Positions 1 to 9,931 of a stretch of 64,000 bases of DNA are shown piece by piece. The first letter of the stretch is position 1. Each line of letters opens with the position of its first letter. The notes below the pieces were generated by a model. It was not told the DNA's origin. It saw nothing but the letters and a program-made list of their open reading frames with translations, and did not search any database. This stretch comes from an uncultured SAR86 cluster bacterium (GTDB lineage Bacteria > Pseudomonadota > Gammaproteobacteria > Magnimaribacterales > AG-339-G14), in assembly GCA_902594855.1 (NCBI GenBank), contig CACJNS010000002.1, forward strand, positions 18,003 through 82,002, read 5' to 3'. Position numbers and translations under genes: made by a program.

Positions 1-810
1 AGTGATCTTCAAACAACCAGTACCAAAATCTTTATCAACGTATGAATCAGCAATGATGGGGATGTATTTATCGGTAAAAGGTATTTTTGCTTTTAAACCT
101 ATTAATTTTTTATATCTTTTGTCTTTGGGATGAACAGCTATTGCCTGATCACCAAACATTGTTTCAGGCCGAGTTGTAGCAACAATAATAAAGCTATCTC
201 CAACTTCGTATTTGATATGCCAAATATTCCCATTTTCTTCTCTCGTAGTTACCTCTAAGTCGGATAAGCCAGTCTCATTTTTGGGATCCCAATTAACCAA
301 CCTATTCTTCTTATAAATCAGTCCTTTTTCATAAAGTTCAATGAATACTTTTCTTACAATATGCGCATAATCTTCATCCATGGTGAAAGCTTCATTTTCC
401 CAGTCTAAAGATGCACCTAACCTTCTCAATTGACTTGTGATGGTATTTCCTGACTTGCTTTTCCACTTCCAGACTTCCTTGATAAATCTATCTCTCCCTA
501 ATTTATTTTTACTTTTATTTTCCTTTTCAAGATTTCTTTCAACGACTATTTCTGTTGATATGCCAGCATGATCTGTACCTGGTTGCCATAACACATCGTA
601 TCCATTCATTCGTTTGTATCTACAAATCGAGTCCATGATAGATGTTTGAAAGCCATGCCCCATGTGTAGAACCCCTGTCACATTTGGGGGCGGAAGCATG
701 ATGGAGAAAGCTTTGCTATTTTTCTTTAAGCTTGGTGAAAATAATTTAGATTCTTCCCATTTAGAAGACCACAATCTCTCAATTTTTTTGGGTTGATATT
801 TAGAATCCAT
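1..810 (-). CDS. valS: valine--tRNA ligase (N-terminal part; runs off the window start)
   Basis: Manual translation from ATG 810: MDSKYQPKKIERLWSSKW...MLPPPNVTGVLHMGHGFQ (HIGH-like motif). TAATG overlap with holC stop; pepA-holC-valS order. Confidence 0.97.
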   Translation of the reverse strand, partial: MDSKYQPKKIERLWSSKWEESKLFSPSLKKNSKAFSIMLPPPNVTGVLHMGHGFQTSIMDSICRYKRMNGYDVLWQPGTDHAGISTEIVVERNLEKENKSKNKLGRDRFIKEVWKWKSKSGNTITSQLRRLGASLDWENEAFTMDEDYAHIVRKVFIELYEKGLIYKKNRLVNWDPKNETGLSDLEVTTREENGNIWHIKYEVGDSFIIVATTRPETMFGDQAIAVHPKDKRYKKLIGLKAKIPFTDKYIPIIADSYVDKDFGTGCLKIT

Positions 811-1247
811 TATCCAATATAGTTTGGTTTAATTCCGTATTCTAAACAAACTTTAAAACTCTCTCTCGCAATCTTTTGATATTCACCGCCATCTTCAATA
901 ACCAATTGATAAGAGGATTTAAAATCTTGAAAATTCGAAGGCAATTTTGGGTTCAAATTAATCAAATAAGTATTTTTATTACAAGGATGCTTTATTCCAG
1001 GGAAGGAAATCAAAATTGGAGCATCAGGTGAATCTAAATCATTACAGATTTTATGAGGTAGAAAAATATCTGAAATATTTTCCCACAGAAAGTCATCTAA
1101 TTTTTTTGCTTGATTTAGATCTTCACAATTTATGACAATATAATTTTTTTCGTCAGATTCAATATTTTGCCAATAGAGGTCTTTTGTAAACTGGCAGCAA
1201 AACTTTTCTCCCTCGTCTAAGGAAGTTCCAGCCTTGTAAAATTCCAT
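810..1247 (-). CDS. holC: DNA polymerase III chi subunit (diverged)
   Basis: AKKLDDFLW...IFLPH matches the HolC motif; lies between pepA and valS. Confidence 0.8.
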   Translation of the reverse strand: MEFYKAGTSLDEGEKFCCQFTKDLYWQNIESDEKNYIVINCEDLNQAKKLDDFLWENISDIFLPHKICNDLDSPDAPILISFPGIKHPCNKNTYLINLNPKLPSNFQDFKSSYQLVIEDGGEYQKIARESFKVCLEYGIKPNYIG

Positions 1248-1250
1248 TAA

Positions 1251-2756
1251 TTACGATTGAGACAATAGGTAATTAGTTAAGAGTGGAACAGGTCTTCCTT
1301 TAGAGGCTTTGGCTTTTCCAGAACCATGAGCTGTCCCAGCTACATCAAGATGCGCCCAAGGATACTTTTTAGTAAACCTTGAAAGGAAACACGCAGCAGT
1401 AATTGTTCCAGCTCGCCCACCAATGTTGGCTATATCAGCAAAATTACTATCTAAATCACCTTGATATTCATCCCATAGAGGCAATTGCCATGCTTTGTCC
1501 ATTGAAGCATGACCAGCATCTATTATTTTGTCGGCTAATTTCTGATTATTACTCATCAAACCTGAAGCAACATGACCTAAAGCTACTATCACTGCTCCAG
1601 TTAATGTCGCTATATCTATGACATTTTTAGGTTTAAATCTTTCTACATAGGTGAGTGCATCGCAAAGAACTAATCGTCCTTCTGCATCTGTATTAAGTAT
1701 CTCCACAGTTTGCCCAGACATTGTTTTAACAACATCTCCAGGTTTGGTTGCCTTGCTGCCAGGCATATTTTCAGCAGAGGCGACTACTCCAATGATATTA
1801 GACTTTGGTTTTATCAAAGCAATAGCCTCCATGGTTCCTAGAACGCTCGCAGCCCCACTCATGTCATATTTCATTTCATCCATTGCTGGACTTGGTTTTA
1901 AACTTATTCCGCCAGTATCAAAAGTTATACCTTTTCCAACAATAACTTCCGGTTGTTCTGTTTTTTTACCACCTTTGTACTCGATAATAATGAACTTAGA
2001 TTCTTGTACACTCCCATTTCCAACAGACAAAAGACAATGCATTCCAAGCTTTTCCATTTCTTTTTCACCTAGAACTTTCACAGATAGATTTTTATATTTT
2101 CTTCCAAGCTCTTTAGCTGTATTTCCAAGGTAAGTGGGCGTACAAATATTTGCAGGAGTATTGCCAAGCTCCTTCATTCTGTTTATACCAACACCTATGT
2201 TAGTCCCAATAGATATTGATTTTCTTAGATCGGTAATATCCTTTTTGGAGTTAACAAGTAAATTTACGGACGTAAGAATATTATTTTTTTGTTCTTTTTT
2301 TCCATCAAAAATATATTTATAAGTCGATGATTCCAATTGCATTGAAAGGTTTTGCAAGAACCAAGAAAAATCTCTTTTTTCAAATTTAATTTCTGGAAGA
2401 AACAAAGAAACTTTTTTTGTATTTGCAGTTTTTGCTAAGGTGCAAATCTTAGTTATCAACTTCGATGCACCATCATCTTTGAATTTATCTGACGTATTAC
2501 CTAAACCTAATAAGAAAAACTTTTTATCTTTTTGATCCGCTAGGGCGGGGATATAACAAGAAGTATTAACTTTTCCTGAGAATTCTTTTCTTTTTATCAA
2601 AGTGTTCATTAGGCCCTTAGAAGCCTTATTGAATATATTTTTACTGGATTGAGAGTTGCCGTTTTCTTGAATACCAATAATAAGAGTTTCGTTTTTATCA
2701 GAAAGCATCTCATTTGGAGAAGTTATAGATAGGTTTATTTTTAAATTTGATGTCAT
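1251..2756 (-). CDS. pepA: leucyl aminopeptidase (M17)
   Basis: GKGITFDTGG, MKYDMSG, NTDAEGRL and WAHLDVAG motifs. Confidence 0.97.
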   Translation of the reverse strand: MTSNLKINLSITSPNEMLSDKNETLIIGIQENGNSQSSKNIFNKASKGLMNTLIKRKEFSGKVNTSCYIPALADQKDKKFFLLGLGNTSDKFKDDGASKLITKICTLAKTANTKKVSLFLPEIKFEKRDFSWFLQNLSMQLESSTYKYIFDGKKEQKNNILTSVNLLVNSKKDITDLRKSISIGTNIGVGINRMKELGNTPANICTPTYLGNTAKELGRKYKNLSVKVLGEKEMEKLGMHCLLSVGNGSVQESKFIIIEYKGGKKTEQPEVIVGKGITFDTGGISLKPSPAMDEMKYDMSGAASVLGTMEAIALIKPKSNIIGVVASAENMPGSKATKPGDVVKTMSGQTVEILNTDAEGRLVLCDALTYVERFKPKNVIDIATLTGAVIVALGHVASGLMSNNQKLADKIIDAGHASMDKAWQLPLWDEYQGDLDSNFADIANIGGRAGTITAACFLSRFTKKYPWAHLDVAGTAHGSGKAKASKGRPVPLLTNYLLSQS

Positions 2757-2814
2757 TTATTACTCCTTAGTAAGCCAAATTTCTGTGGGATAATATCACC
2801 ATAGACAAATTAAA

Positions 2815-3981
2815 ATGTTCAGCATTATATCTAAGTATATTATCAGAAGCTTCTTACAGACTTTTTTAGTTATATTCTCAGTACTATTTTTAGCCTTTTT
2901 CTTTCTAAGAAGCATTGATTTCCTAGAGATTGCAGCCAGAGGAGATATGTATCCACAAATTGCCTTGGGTTATATATTTTTTAACATTCCAAGTGTTATT
3001 GAGATTATTCTCCCTTTGAGCATCTTCCTCTCAACTTTAATTTGCATTGCAAGAATGAACACAAGCAATGAAATAAATTTCATGAGGCAGATGGGGTTAA
3101 AGAGCGGTAACTTTCTTAAAATCCTTGCAATACCAATACTGTTAATGTCTTTTTTTGCACTATTTATATCTCTGATAGTCTCTCCTTATTCTCTTGACTC
3201 TTTGTACAAGCTTACAAGTAATCAAACTTTCTCTGATAGATTCAAAATGATGGGGGCAGGCAAGCCTACCTACTTTGAGGATGTGAATACTACCTTTTTT
3301 GCCAAAGAATCTAATGACTTTGATTTTGGATTCAGTGAAATATTTGCATCAATTGAACATGAGGATATGGAGATCATTTTAACGGCAGATCAAGTTTCTT
3401 CTATACCCACTGACAAATCTACCAATAGATTAACTTTTAAGAATGGGAAAATTGTTGGCCTAGAGATGGAGGGAGACTTTTTGATGAACTTTTCGCACCT
3501 AGAATTTACTTTTCCCAGAAAAATTAAAACCTCATCGACCGATCTAAGTCATCTTTCAATTACTGGCTTGATCTCAAATTTAGAGAATAATCGAGAACAA
3601 TCAGAACTTTTTAAAAGGCTATCAATTTTTGTATTAATTATTGTGAGTGCCTTCGTTGCTCTCAATTTTGGAATTTCAAATCATAGAATTGGCTTTACAG
3701 TATCGTTAATTACCGGATCGTTATTCTTTTTGCTTTATTTTGGTATTTATTTAGGTTTGCAAAACTGGACGCTATCTTCTGAGTACAATCCATCTATTTC
3801 TTTTGCTGCTTTTCACTTCGTATTTTTTTTGGCAGGTATTTTCCTTAGTTATTTTCTTAATAAAGAGTCACCCATAAATATTTACAGTAGTGGAGTAACT
3901 TCAATAAATAACTTCCAATTAATATTTAATCTAGCTCTTCTGATTTTTGTAATTTATATGTTTTTTTACTTTTTAATCTAA
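2815..3981 (+). CDS. lptF: LPS export ABC transporter permease LptF
   Basis: YjgP/YjgQ topology (3 TM, periplasmic domain, 3 TM); divergent from pepA. Confidence 0.85.
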   Translation: MFSIISKYIIRSFLQTFLVIFSVLFLAFFFLRSIDFLEIAARGDMYPQIALGYIFFNIPSVIEIILPLSIFLSTLICIARMNTSNEINFMRQMGLKSGNFLKILAIPILLMSFFALFISLIVSPYSLDSLYKLTSNQTFSDRFKMMGAGKPTYFEDVNTTFFAKESNDFDFGFSEIFASIEHEDMEIILTADQVSSIPTDKSTNRLTFKNGKIVGLEMEGDFLMNFSHLEFTFPRKIKTSSTDLSHLSITGLISNLENNREQSELFKRLSIFVLIIVSAFVALNFGISNHRIGFTVSLITGSLFFLLYFGIYLGLQNWTLSSEYNPSISFAAFHFVFFLAGIFLSYFLNKESPINIYSSGVTSINNFQLIFNLALLIFVIYMFFYFLI

Positions 3982-5001
3982 ATGTTTAAAAGTTTATTTG
4001 ATATAACTGGTGTGCTGATACAGCTTTCAATCCTCAAAAGCATAGGTTTGGTTTTTCTGATCCTTTTTTCTCTTGATTTCATTCTAATGATGGTGGGTGA
4101 GTTACAAAATATATCCGATTATCAGAATTTTGAATCTTTTATAATTTCTTTAACTTTTAGTCTGCCTAAAAGAATTTATGATGTGGTCCCTTTGGCCTGT
4201 TTGATTGGCGCAATAGTTTCATATGGAAGACTTCAAGAGTCTGGAGAACTGATTGCCATAAGGGTTTTGGGAAAATCTTTCAAACAAATCTTCTCTTCAA
4301 TGCTTCTTCCAATATTTATCCTCTTATCAATAATGCTCATGATAGGGGAATTTGTTATTCCAAGTTCAAATTTGATGTCTGAAGTTTATAAAACAAATCC
4401 TCAGCAAGCGCAAAAAGCTCAGTGGTTAACGAGAAAGAATGAACTCATTTACCTAGGTGATATATCTAGCGATAAAATTGATAATTTAAGAATTTATGAA
4501 TTTAACTCTGAAGGAGATATTGATTCAGTTTTTAAAAAAGATGAGTTTGATCTTTCGCTCGATCAAAAAGAAGCATTTTTTAAAGATAGAGCTTCCGATA
4601 ATCAAATACAAAAAATATGGAAAGCTCCTTCAAAAATTGAGCTTTCAAAATACATTAAATTAAACAGACAACCTCCATCTTTGCTTTTTCAGAATTTTAA
4701 ATTTTCAGATAGCACCAGAGAGAAGAACTTATTTCTGTGGCAGTTTTTAAAAAAAATTATACAACCAATATCTGTCTCAATTTTTGTGTTGTTAGCCCTC
4801 ATCTTTTGCCAAGCATTCTTAAGAGATTATTCCATCACTTATAAGGTACTCACAGGAGTGGTTTTAACAATATTTTTCAACTTTACAGAAAAAATAGCGG
4901 GGAACGTCTCCATCGTTTTTGGCTTCAGCCCACTTATAACTACTTTTATTTTTCTTCTTGGGCTTGTAAGTCTTATTTTTCTATTCAGTAAAAGACTTTA
5001 A
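3982..5001 (+). CDS. lptG: LPS export ABC transporter permease LptG
   Basis: LPKRIYDVVPLACLIGA and GELIAIR motifs; second YjgP/Q gene. Confidence 0.85.
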   Translation: MFKSLFDITGVLIQLSILKSIGLVFLILFSLDFILMMVGELQNISDYQNFESFIISLTFSLPKRIYDVVPLACLIGAIVSYGRLQESGELIAIRVLGKSFKQIFSSMLLPIFILLSIMLMIGEFVIPSSNLMSEVYKTNPQQAQKAQWLTRKNELIYLGDISSDKIDNLRIYEFNSEGDIDSVFKKDEFDLSLDQKEAFFKDRASDNQIQKIWKAPSKIELSKYIKLNRQPPSLLFQNFKFSDSTREKNLFLWQFLKKIIQPISVSIFVLLALIFCQAFLRDYSITYKVLTGVVLTIFFNFTEKIAGNVSIVFGFSPLITTFIFLLGLVSLIFLFSKRL

Positions 5002-5396
5002 GAGCGAACTATTCTGGTCTTTGAGAAGATATCATTGAGACTTTTTTTATCTGATCTAAACAGAATCACAAAAAAATTTAAACCTGCTATTGATCCAAAT
5101 AATAAGCCCAATACCAACCTTTGAAGCATTGATTTTATAGAGATTGCTTGATTGTCATCTGCAACTAATTTTATTTTCCAAGCTTGCATTCCAAGGGTTT
5201 GTCCATCGTTGAAATGCCAAAAATAAACATAAAAAATAAAAGAAATTAAAAAATACGAAAGAAGCATCAAGTTGCCTCCTAGGAAAGATGAAATCGCACC
5301 ACCGTTAATGATAACTATCAATAAGGTGAAACTGAGCAATATGCCTGCTATTAAAAGCAGGTCATAAAATAACGCCAATAATCTTCTAAAGAACAT
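4998..5396 (-). CDS. RDD family membrane protein
   Basis: RRLLALFYDLLL...GQTLGMQAWKIKLV...KSLNDIFSKT. Start moved to ATG 5396 to avoid overlapping the POT gene; the start is uncertain. Confidence 0.85.
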   Translation of the reverse strand: MFFRRLLALFYDLLLIAGILLSFTLLIVIINGGAISSFLGGNLMLLSYFLISFIFYVYFWHFNDGQTLGMQAWKIKLVADDNQAISIKSMLQRLVLGLLFGSIAGLNFFVILFRSDKKSLNDIFSKTRIVRS

Positions 5397-5429
5397 ACTA
5401 GAATTATGATATCTTAAATTCCTATATTT

Positions 5430-6923
5430 ATGATGAATCCAGATACAGAAAATACAGATTCGATCGACCAAGGATTTTTTGGTCATCCAAAAGGCTTAAG
5501 AACACTTTTTTTTACCGAACTTTGGGAAAGGATGTCCTACTACGGGATGCGTGGTTTATTGGTTCTCTATATGACCGTAGGGGTGACTGGTAATCCTGGT
5601 TTAAATTGGTCCAATGCAGAAGCAAATGCAATTTACGGCATCTATGCAGGAATGGTCTATTTCCTAGCTCTTCCAGGTGGTTGGTTAGCAGATAACCTAT
5701 TGGGCTATCAAAGAGCGGTTTTATTTGGAGCTTTGATCATAATGCTTGGTCACTTCACTTTAGCGATTCCATTAGAACAAACATTTATTCTAGGACTAAT
5801 TTTAGTTGCCGCTGGAACAGGTTTACTTAAACCCAATATATCATCGATTGTTGGTCAGCTTTATTCTACTAATGACGATAGAAGAGATTCCGGTTTTACT
5901 ATTTTCTACATGTCTATCAACATCGGAAGCATGCTTGGTTTTGCAGTCTGTGGATGGTTAGGGGAAAAAGTAGGATGGCATTGGGGATTTGGTGCAGCCG
6001 GATTTGGAATGCTCCTTGGTATAATCCAATTTATTTATTTTAGAGGCCAACTTGGAGAAGCCGGTTTGAATCCGAATCCTAATTCTGACGAGTATAAAAT
6101 TAAGCTCAGAAATATTTCTTTAGGGATTATTGTGTTAGTTACCTTAATAGTCCTCTCAGGCCTTTTAGGGTGGTGGTCGGTTGATGCAGTATTTTTTGCT
6201 GAAAGATTTAGAGATTTCCTTGTCATCCTTTCAATGGTTTATTTTGCCTACCTTTTCCTTTTTGCCGGACTTAACTCAGCAGAGAAAAGAAACGTCTTGA
6301 TGCTTCTATTATTGTTCATAGGTGCTGCAGCTTTTTGGTCTGGATTCGATCAATCAGCCGGATCTTTGACTATTTTTACAAGAGACTATGTTGATCTAAC
6401 CTTTGGATCATTTACTGCACCTGTTAGCTGGACTCAATTTGCAAATCCACTGTTCGTAGTAATGTTCGCTCCGTTTTTTGCCTACATATGGGTATTCTTA
6501 GGAAAAAGGAATCTCAATCCAAACACTCCTGTTAAATTTGCTATAGGTTTAATCTTCATGGCATTGGGTTTTATAATCATGCTCTTTGCAGTCGATTACG
6601 CTTTAGTTTCATCCCCAGTAGGTGTCCAGTGGTTACTGTTAACTTATTTACTCCATACCTTTGGAGAGTTAGCTTTATCTCCAGTAGGGTTATCAGCTTT
6701 TTCTAAATACTCTCCAAAGAGATACTTAGGACAGATGATGGGATTGTGGTTTCTTGCCTCTTCCTTGGGAGGAGTCCTAGCAGGATTGTTCGGTGGTGAG
6801 GCAACGTCAACTGGATTAGATAGCATGACGCCTATATTTTCAGAGCTAGTTTATTACTACCTTGTTTTAGCAGTGGTTTTAATTGTTTTATCTTTCTTTA
6901 TTAAAGGAAAAGTTGAAGAGTAA
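5430..6923 (+). CDS. proton-dependent oligopeptide transporter (POT/PTR2, MFS)
   Basis: FFGHPKGL, ELWERMSYYG (ExxERFxYY), GGWLAD, GTGLLKPN, FYMSINIGS and GELALSPVG motifs. Confidence 0.95.
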   Translation: MMNPDTENTDSIDQGFFGHPKGLRTLFFTELWERMSYYGMRGLLVLYMTVGVTGNPGLNWSNAEANAIYGIYAGMVYFLALPGGWLADNLLGYQRAVLFGALIIMLGHFTLAIPLEQTFILGLILVAAGTGLLKPNISSIVGQLYSTNDDRRDSGFTIFYMSINIGSMLGFAVCGWLGEKVGWHWGFGAAGFGMLLGIIQFIYFRGQLGEAGLNPNPNSDEYKIKLRNISLGIIVLVTLIVLSGLLGWWSVDAVFFAERFRDFLVILSMVYFAYLFLFAGLNSAEKRNVLMLLLLFIGAAAFWSGFDQSAGSLTIFTRDYVDLTFGSFTAPVSWTQFANPLFVVMFAPFFAYIWVFLGKRNLNPNTPVKFAIGLIFMALGFIIMLFAVDYALVSSPVGVQWLLLTYLLHTFGELALSPVGLSAFSKYSPKRYLGQMMGLWFLASSLGGVLAGLFGGEATSTGLDSMTPIFSELVYYYLVLAVVLIVLSFFIKGKVEE

Positions 6924-6927
6924 AACT

Positions 6928-7089
6928 TTAAAAAAAGTTATACCAAATTACCGATACTAGAAAACCTAAAAAGCTTAATTGTAAAGACAGCCACCATCTT
7001 TTCTTAGGATCGATACCCTTGAAAATAAAAGTTGTTGCGTATGCGATTACATAAAGAGCCAGCCAAGTTAGAAGAAGATTAATGACCAT
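6928..7089 (-). CDS. small two-helix membrane protein, 53 aa (not in the ORF track)
   Basis: Manual translation MVINLLLTWLALYVIAYATTFIFKGIDPKKRWWLSLQLSFLGFLVSVIWYNFF*. ATG overlaps the dapD stop (TAATG) and the ORF fills the whole gap. Confidence 0.75.
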   Translation of the reverse strand: MVINLLLTWLALYVIAYATTFIFKGIDPKKRWWLSLQLSFLGFLVSVIWYNFF

Positions 7090-7976
7090 TAATTATTATC
7101 GTGAAGGTCCTCGTTTAACTCGTTCACGTTTCGGTTGTCTCGGCATTCAATAGAGCCGGTGATTGAATTTCTAATGAACAATAGATCAGATTTATGCGCC
7201 AACTCCATCGCTTTGACAGTTTCTTTAACTTTTCCGTTTTCTATTACTTGAACCTTTGATGAACCAGTCACATAAAGGCCTGATTCAATTGTGCATCGAT
7301 CTCCAAGAGGAATGCCTAAACCTGAATTTGCACCCAGCAGACAACTTTCTCCGATGGATATGATCACTTGGTTGCCTCCGGATAGAGTTCCAAGAGTAGA
7401 TGCGCCTCCGCCAATATCTGATTTATCCCCAACTATCACCCCTTGAGCAATTCTGCCTTCAACCATTGCTTCTCCTAAGGTTCCACCATTGAAATTTACC
7501 GAACCTTCATGCATGACTGTTGTCCCTGGTCCAAGATAAGCTCCTAATCTGACTCTGCTGGCATCTGCTATCCTTACATCGTTCAATGCAATGTAATCCG
7601 TTAAGCACGGAAACTTATCTACTGAATAAACTTTTACATATTCGCCTTTATTTCTTTTTTCATTAAGAAATTCTTTTAATTCATTTGAATCTATTGGACC
7701 AGCTGAGGTCCATGCTACCGTGTGTAATATGCCAAAAATACCGTCTAAATTAGTTTCGTTGGGCTTTACCAAGCGAAGAGAAAGAAGATGTAACTTCAGA
7801 TAAGCTTCTGGGACTGAAGAAGGTGGCACATCATCAGAAACTTCTACCTTTTCATATCCTTCTTTGATTTCTGCAGCACTTGTAGATATATCATCAGGTG
7901 AAAAATACATTTCAATGTATTCACCCTTTTTATTTTTGGTTCCTTTACCAAAACCAATCCATTTTTGATTCATCAT
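7089..7976 (-). CDS. dapD: tetrahydrodipicolinate N-succinyltransferase (Pseudomonas-type)
   Basis: AYLKLHLLSLRLVKP, VDKFP and VRIADASRVRLGAYL motifs with hexapeptide repeats. Confidence 0.95.
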   Translation of the reverse strand: MMNQKWIGFGKGTKNKKGEYIEMYFSPDDISTSAAEIKEGYEKVEVSDDVPPSSVPEAYLKLHLLSLRLVKPNETNLDGIFGILHTVAWTSAGPIDSNELKEFLNEKRNKGEYVKVYSVDKFPCLTDYIALNDVRIADASRVRLGAYLGPGTTVMHEGSVNFNGGTLGEAMVEGRIAQGVIVGDKSDIGGGASTLGTLSGGNQVIISIGESCLLGANSGLGIPLGDRCTIESGLYVTGSSKVQVIENGKVKETVKAMELAHKSDLLFIRNSITGSIECRDNRNVNELNEDLHDNN

Positions 7977-7980
7977 TTTT

Positions 7981-9144
7981 TTATAAAAGATTATTGATTC
8001 TTTTCAATGCTTCTTCTGTGGTTTCAAGATCATACACTAAAGCAATTCTTACGTATTTTTCTCCAGGATTAAAACCATTGGCCTCGGCAGATAAATAACT
8101 TCCAGGAAGTACAATTAAACCCTCTTTTTCAAGAATATTTTTTGAGAAAGATTGACCGTCTTCAACATCCAACCAAAGATAGAAAGCACCTTCAGGAATT
8201 ACATTGCTTACTTTATCCTTAAACATATCTGCTGCCAGGCTAAATTTATCGTTGTAAGACTTTCTATTTTCAGCGACAAAATCATAATTCAGCCAAGCTT
8301 CAACGCTCGCCTTTTGAATTGGCAAAGGAACGCTGACCCCATGAAAAGACCTAAACTTCTTGTAGGCAGAAATGGTTTTTTTACCGGAGCAAGCAAAACC
8401 CGATCTAAAGCCAGGTAAATTAGATCTTTTCGATAAGCTATGAAGAGCAATCAATCTATCCGATCTATCTGATGAAGCTTGGAGGATACTTGGACAGGAT
8501 TTCTCAGAGGTATATAAATCTACATAGCACTCATCAGAAACAACATAAAAGTCATACTTTTCAGCTAAATCTAAAATATTCTTAAGTTTACTCAGAGGTA
8601 AAACAGACCCAGTTGGATTGTTTGGGGAACAGAGAACTAAAATTTGACACTTCTGCCAATCCTCACTTTTAAGGGAATCTAAATCAGGCTGAAAATTGTC
8701 TTCTTCAGGACAATCCAAAAACTTCGCTTCTCCACCGGCAAGAGTCGTTGCTCCGCCGTAAATTTGATAAAAAGGATTTGGCATTACAACATAGGGCTTT
8801 TCTTTAACATTCTCTTTATTAAAGAGAGCCTGAATGATTGAGAATGTTCCTTCTCTTGTGCCAGCTACAAGACAAACTTCATCCTCAGCAACATTCTCAA
8901 TACCGAAATGATTTTTCAAATATTGCCGATATGCCTCTGATAATTCAGGAACTGCATTCATAGGAGGGTAGTTTGAAAAAGAATTTGTTTCTTTATTCAA
9001 AATGCCCAGGACTTTGGAGTCAGCATTTAATTTTGGCTCACCAATGGACAGATTGATTACTTCTTTTGATGGCTTTATGTCCTTATGAAGAAGATTAAGT
9101 TTTTCAAATGGATAAGATCCAATTTTAGACAGTAAATGATTCAT
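7981..9144 (-). CDS. dapC: succinyldiaminopimelate aminotransferase
   Basis: LSIGEP, PNPFYQIY, SDECY and SLSKRSNLPGFRSG (PLP lysine); adjacent to dapD. Confidence 0.92.
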   Translation of the reverse strand: MNHLLSKIGSYPFEKLNLLHKDIKPSKEVINLSIGEPKLNADSKVLGILNKETNSFSNYPPMNAVPELSEAYRQYLKNHFGIENVAEDEVCLVAGTREGTFSIIQALFNKENVKEKPYVVMPNPFYQIYGGATTLAGGEAKFLDCPEEDNFQPDLDSLKSEDWQKCQILVLCSPNNPTGSVLPLSKLKNILDLAEKYDFYVVSDECYVDLYTSEKSCPSILQASSDRSDRLIALHSLSKRSNLPGFRSGFACSGKKTISAYKKFRSFHGVSVPLPIQKASVEAWLNYDFVAENRKSYNDKFSLAADMFKDKVSNVIPEGAFYLWLDVEDGQSFSKNILEKEGLIVLPGSYLSAEANGFNPGEKYVRIALVYDLETTEEALKRINNLL

Positions 9145-9905
9145 AGAGTTTCTTCTGATCTAGCAGTAAGAACTTCGCAGCCATCATCGGTTATAGCCAA
9201 CGTATGCTCCCATTGGGCTGACAATCTTCCATCAATAGTTTCTACTGTCCAGCCATCATTTTTAGATAATTTGGTTTTATGAGTCCCAAGATTAATCATA
9301 GGTTCAATGGTAAAACACATACCCGCTTTTAATTCCATTCCAGTTCCTGGATTTCCGTAGTGAAGAATTTGAGGATCCTCATGGAAAACTTTGCCAATAC
9401 CATGCCCGCAATAATCTCTGACAACTGAGTAGTGATTTTCTTCTGCATGTTTTTGAATCACATATCCTATGTCACCTAGGTTTATTCCTGGTTTGCATAT
9501 TGCTATGGCTTTATAAAGACATTCTTGAGTAATACTTACCAGCCTTTCTGCATGAGGTTGTTTTTTTCCAACAAAAAACATCTTACTTGTATCTCCGTGG
9601 TAACCATCTTTGATCACAGTTACATCAATATTGATAATATCTGCGTTTTTTAGGACTCTGTTGTCATCAGGTATTCCGTGACAAACCACTTGATTTATCG
9701 AAGTGCAAATAGATTTTGGAAAACCATTGTAATTTAAGGGAGCAGGAATACAGTCAATTTCATTGACAATGTAATCGTGACAGATTCTATCCAACTCACC
9801 TGTAGATACCCCTGGTTGAACGTGTTGTTCAATCATTTCCAAAGTTTGAGCTGCAAGCTTTCCTGCAACCTTCATTTTGGCTATTTCGTCAGAACTTTTA
9901 ATCAT
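9141..9905 (-). CDS. map: methionine aminopeptidase type I
   Basis: VCHGIP, DVTVIKDGYHGDTS, YCGHGIG, FTIEPM and SAQWEHT motifs. Confidence 0.97.
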   Translation of the reverse strand: MIKSSDEIAKMKVAGKLAAQTLEMIEQHVQPGVSTGELDRICHDYIVNEIDCIPAPLNYNGFPKSICTSINQVVCHGIPDDNRVLKNADIINIDVTVIKDGYHGDTSKMFFVGKKQPHAERLVSITQECLYKAIAICKPGINLGDIGYVIQKHAEENHYSVVRDYCGHGIGKVFHEDPQILHYGNPGTGMELKAGMCFTIEPMINLGTHKTKLSKNDGWTVETIDGRLSAQWEHTLAITDDGCEVLTARSEETL

Positions 9906-9931
9906 TTTTTAAGATTTTACATCATAAGTCA

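Noticed and set aside
1651-2133. 160-aa plus-strand ORF inside pepA, and similar 60-140-aa ORFs opposite carB, nusA, infB, murA and ftsZ
   Set aside because: Antisense shadows produced by codon bias in the real genes; no ribosome-binding sites or family motifs.
5397-5486. Long N-terminal extensions in the ORF track (RDD, nusA, ychF, hisD, petC)
   Set aside because: Downstream starts fit family N-termini, Shine-Dalgarno sites or stop/start overlaps better.
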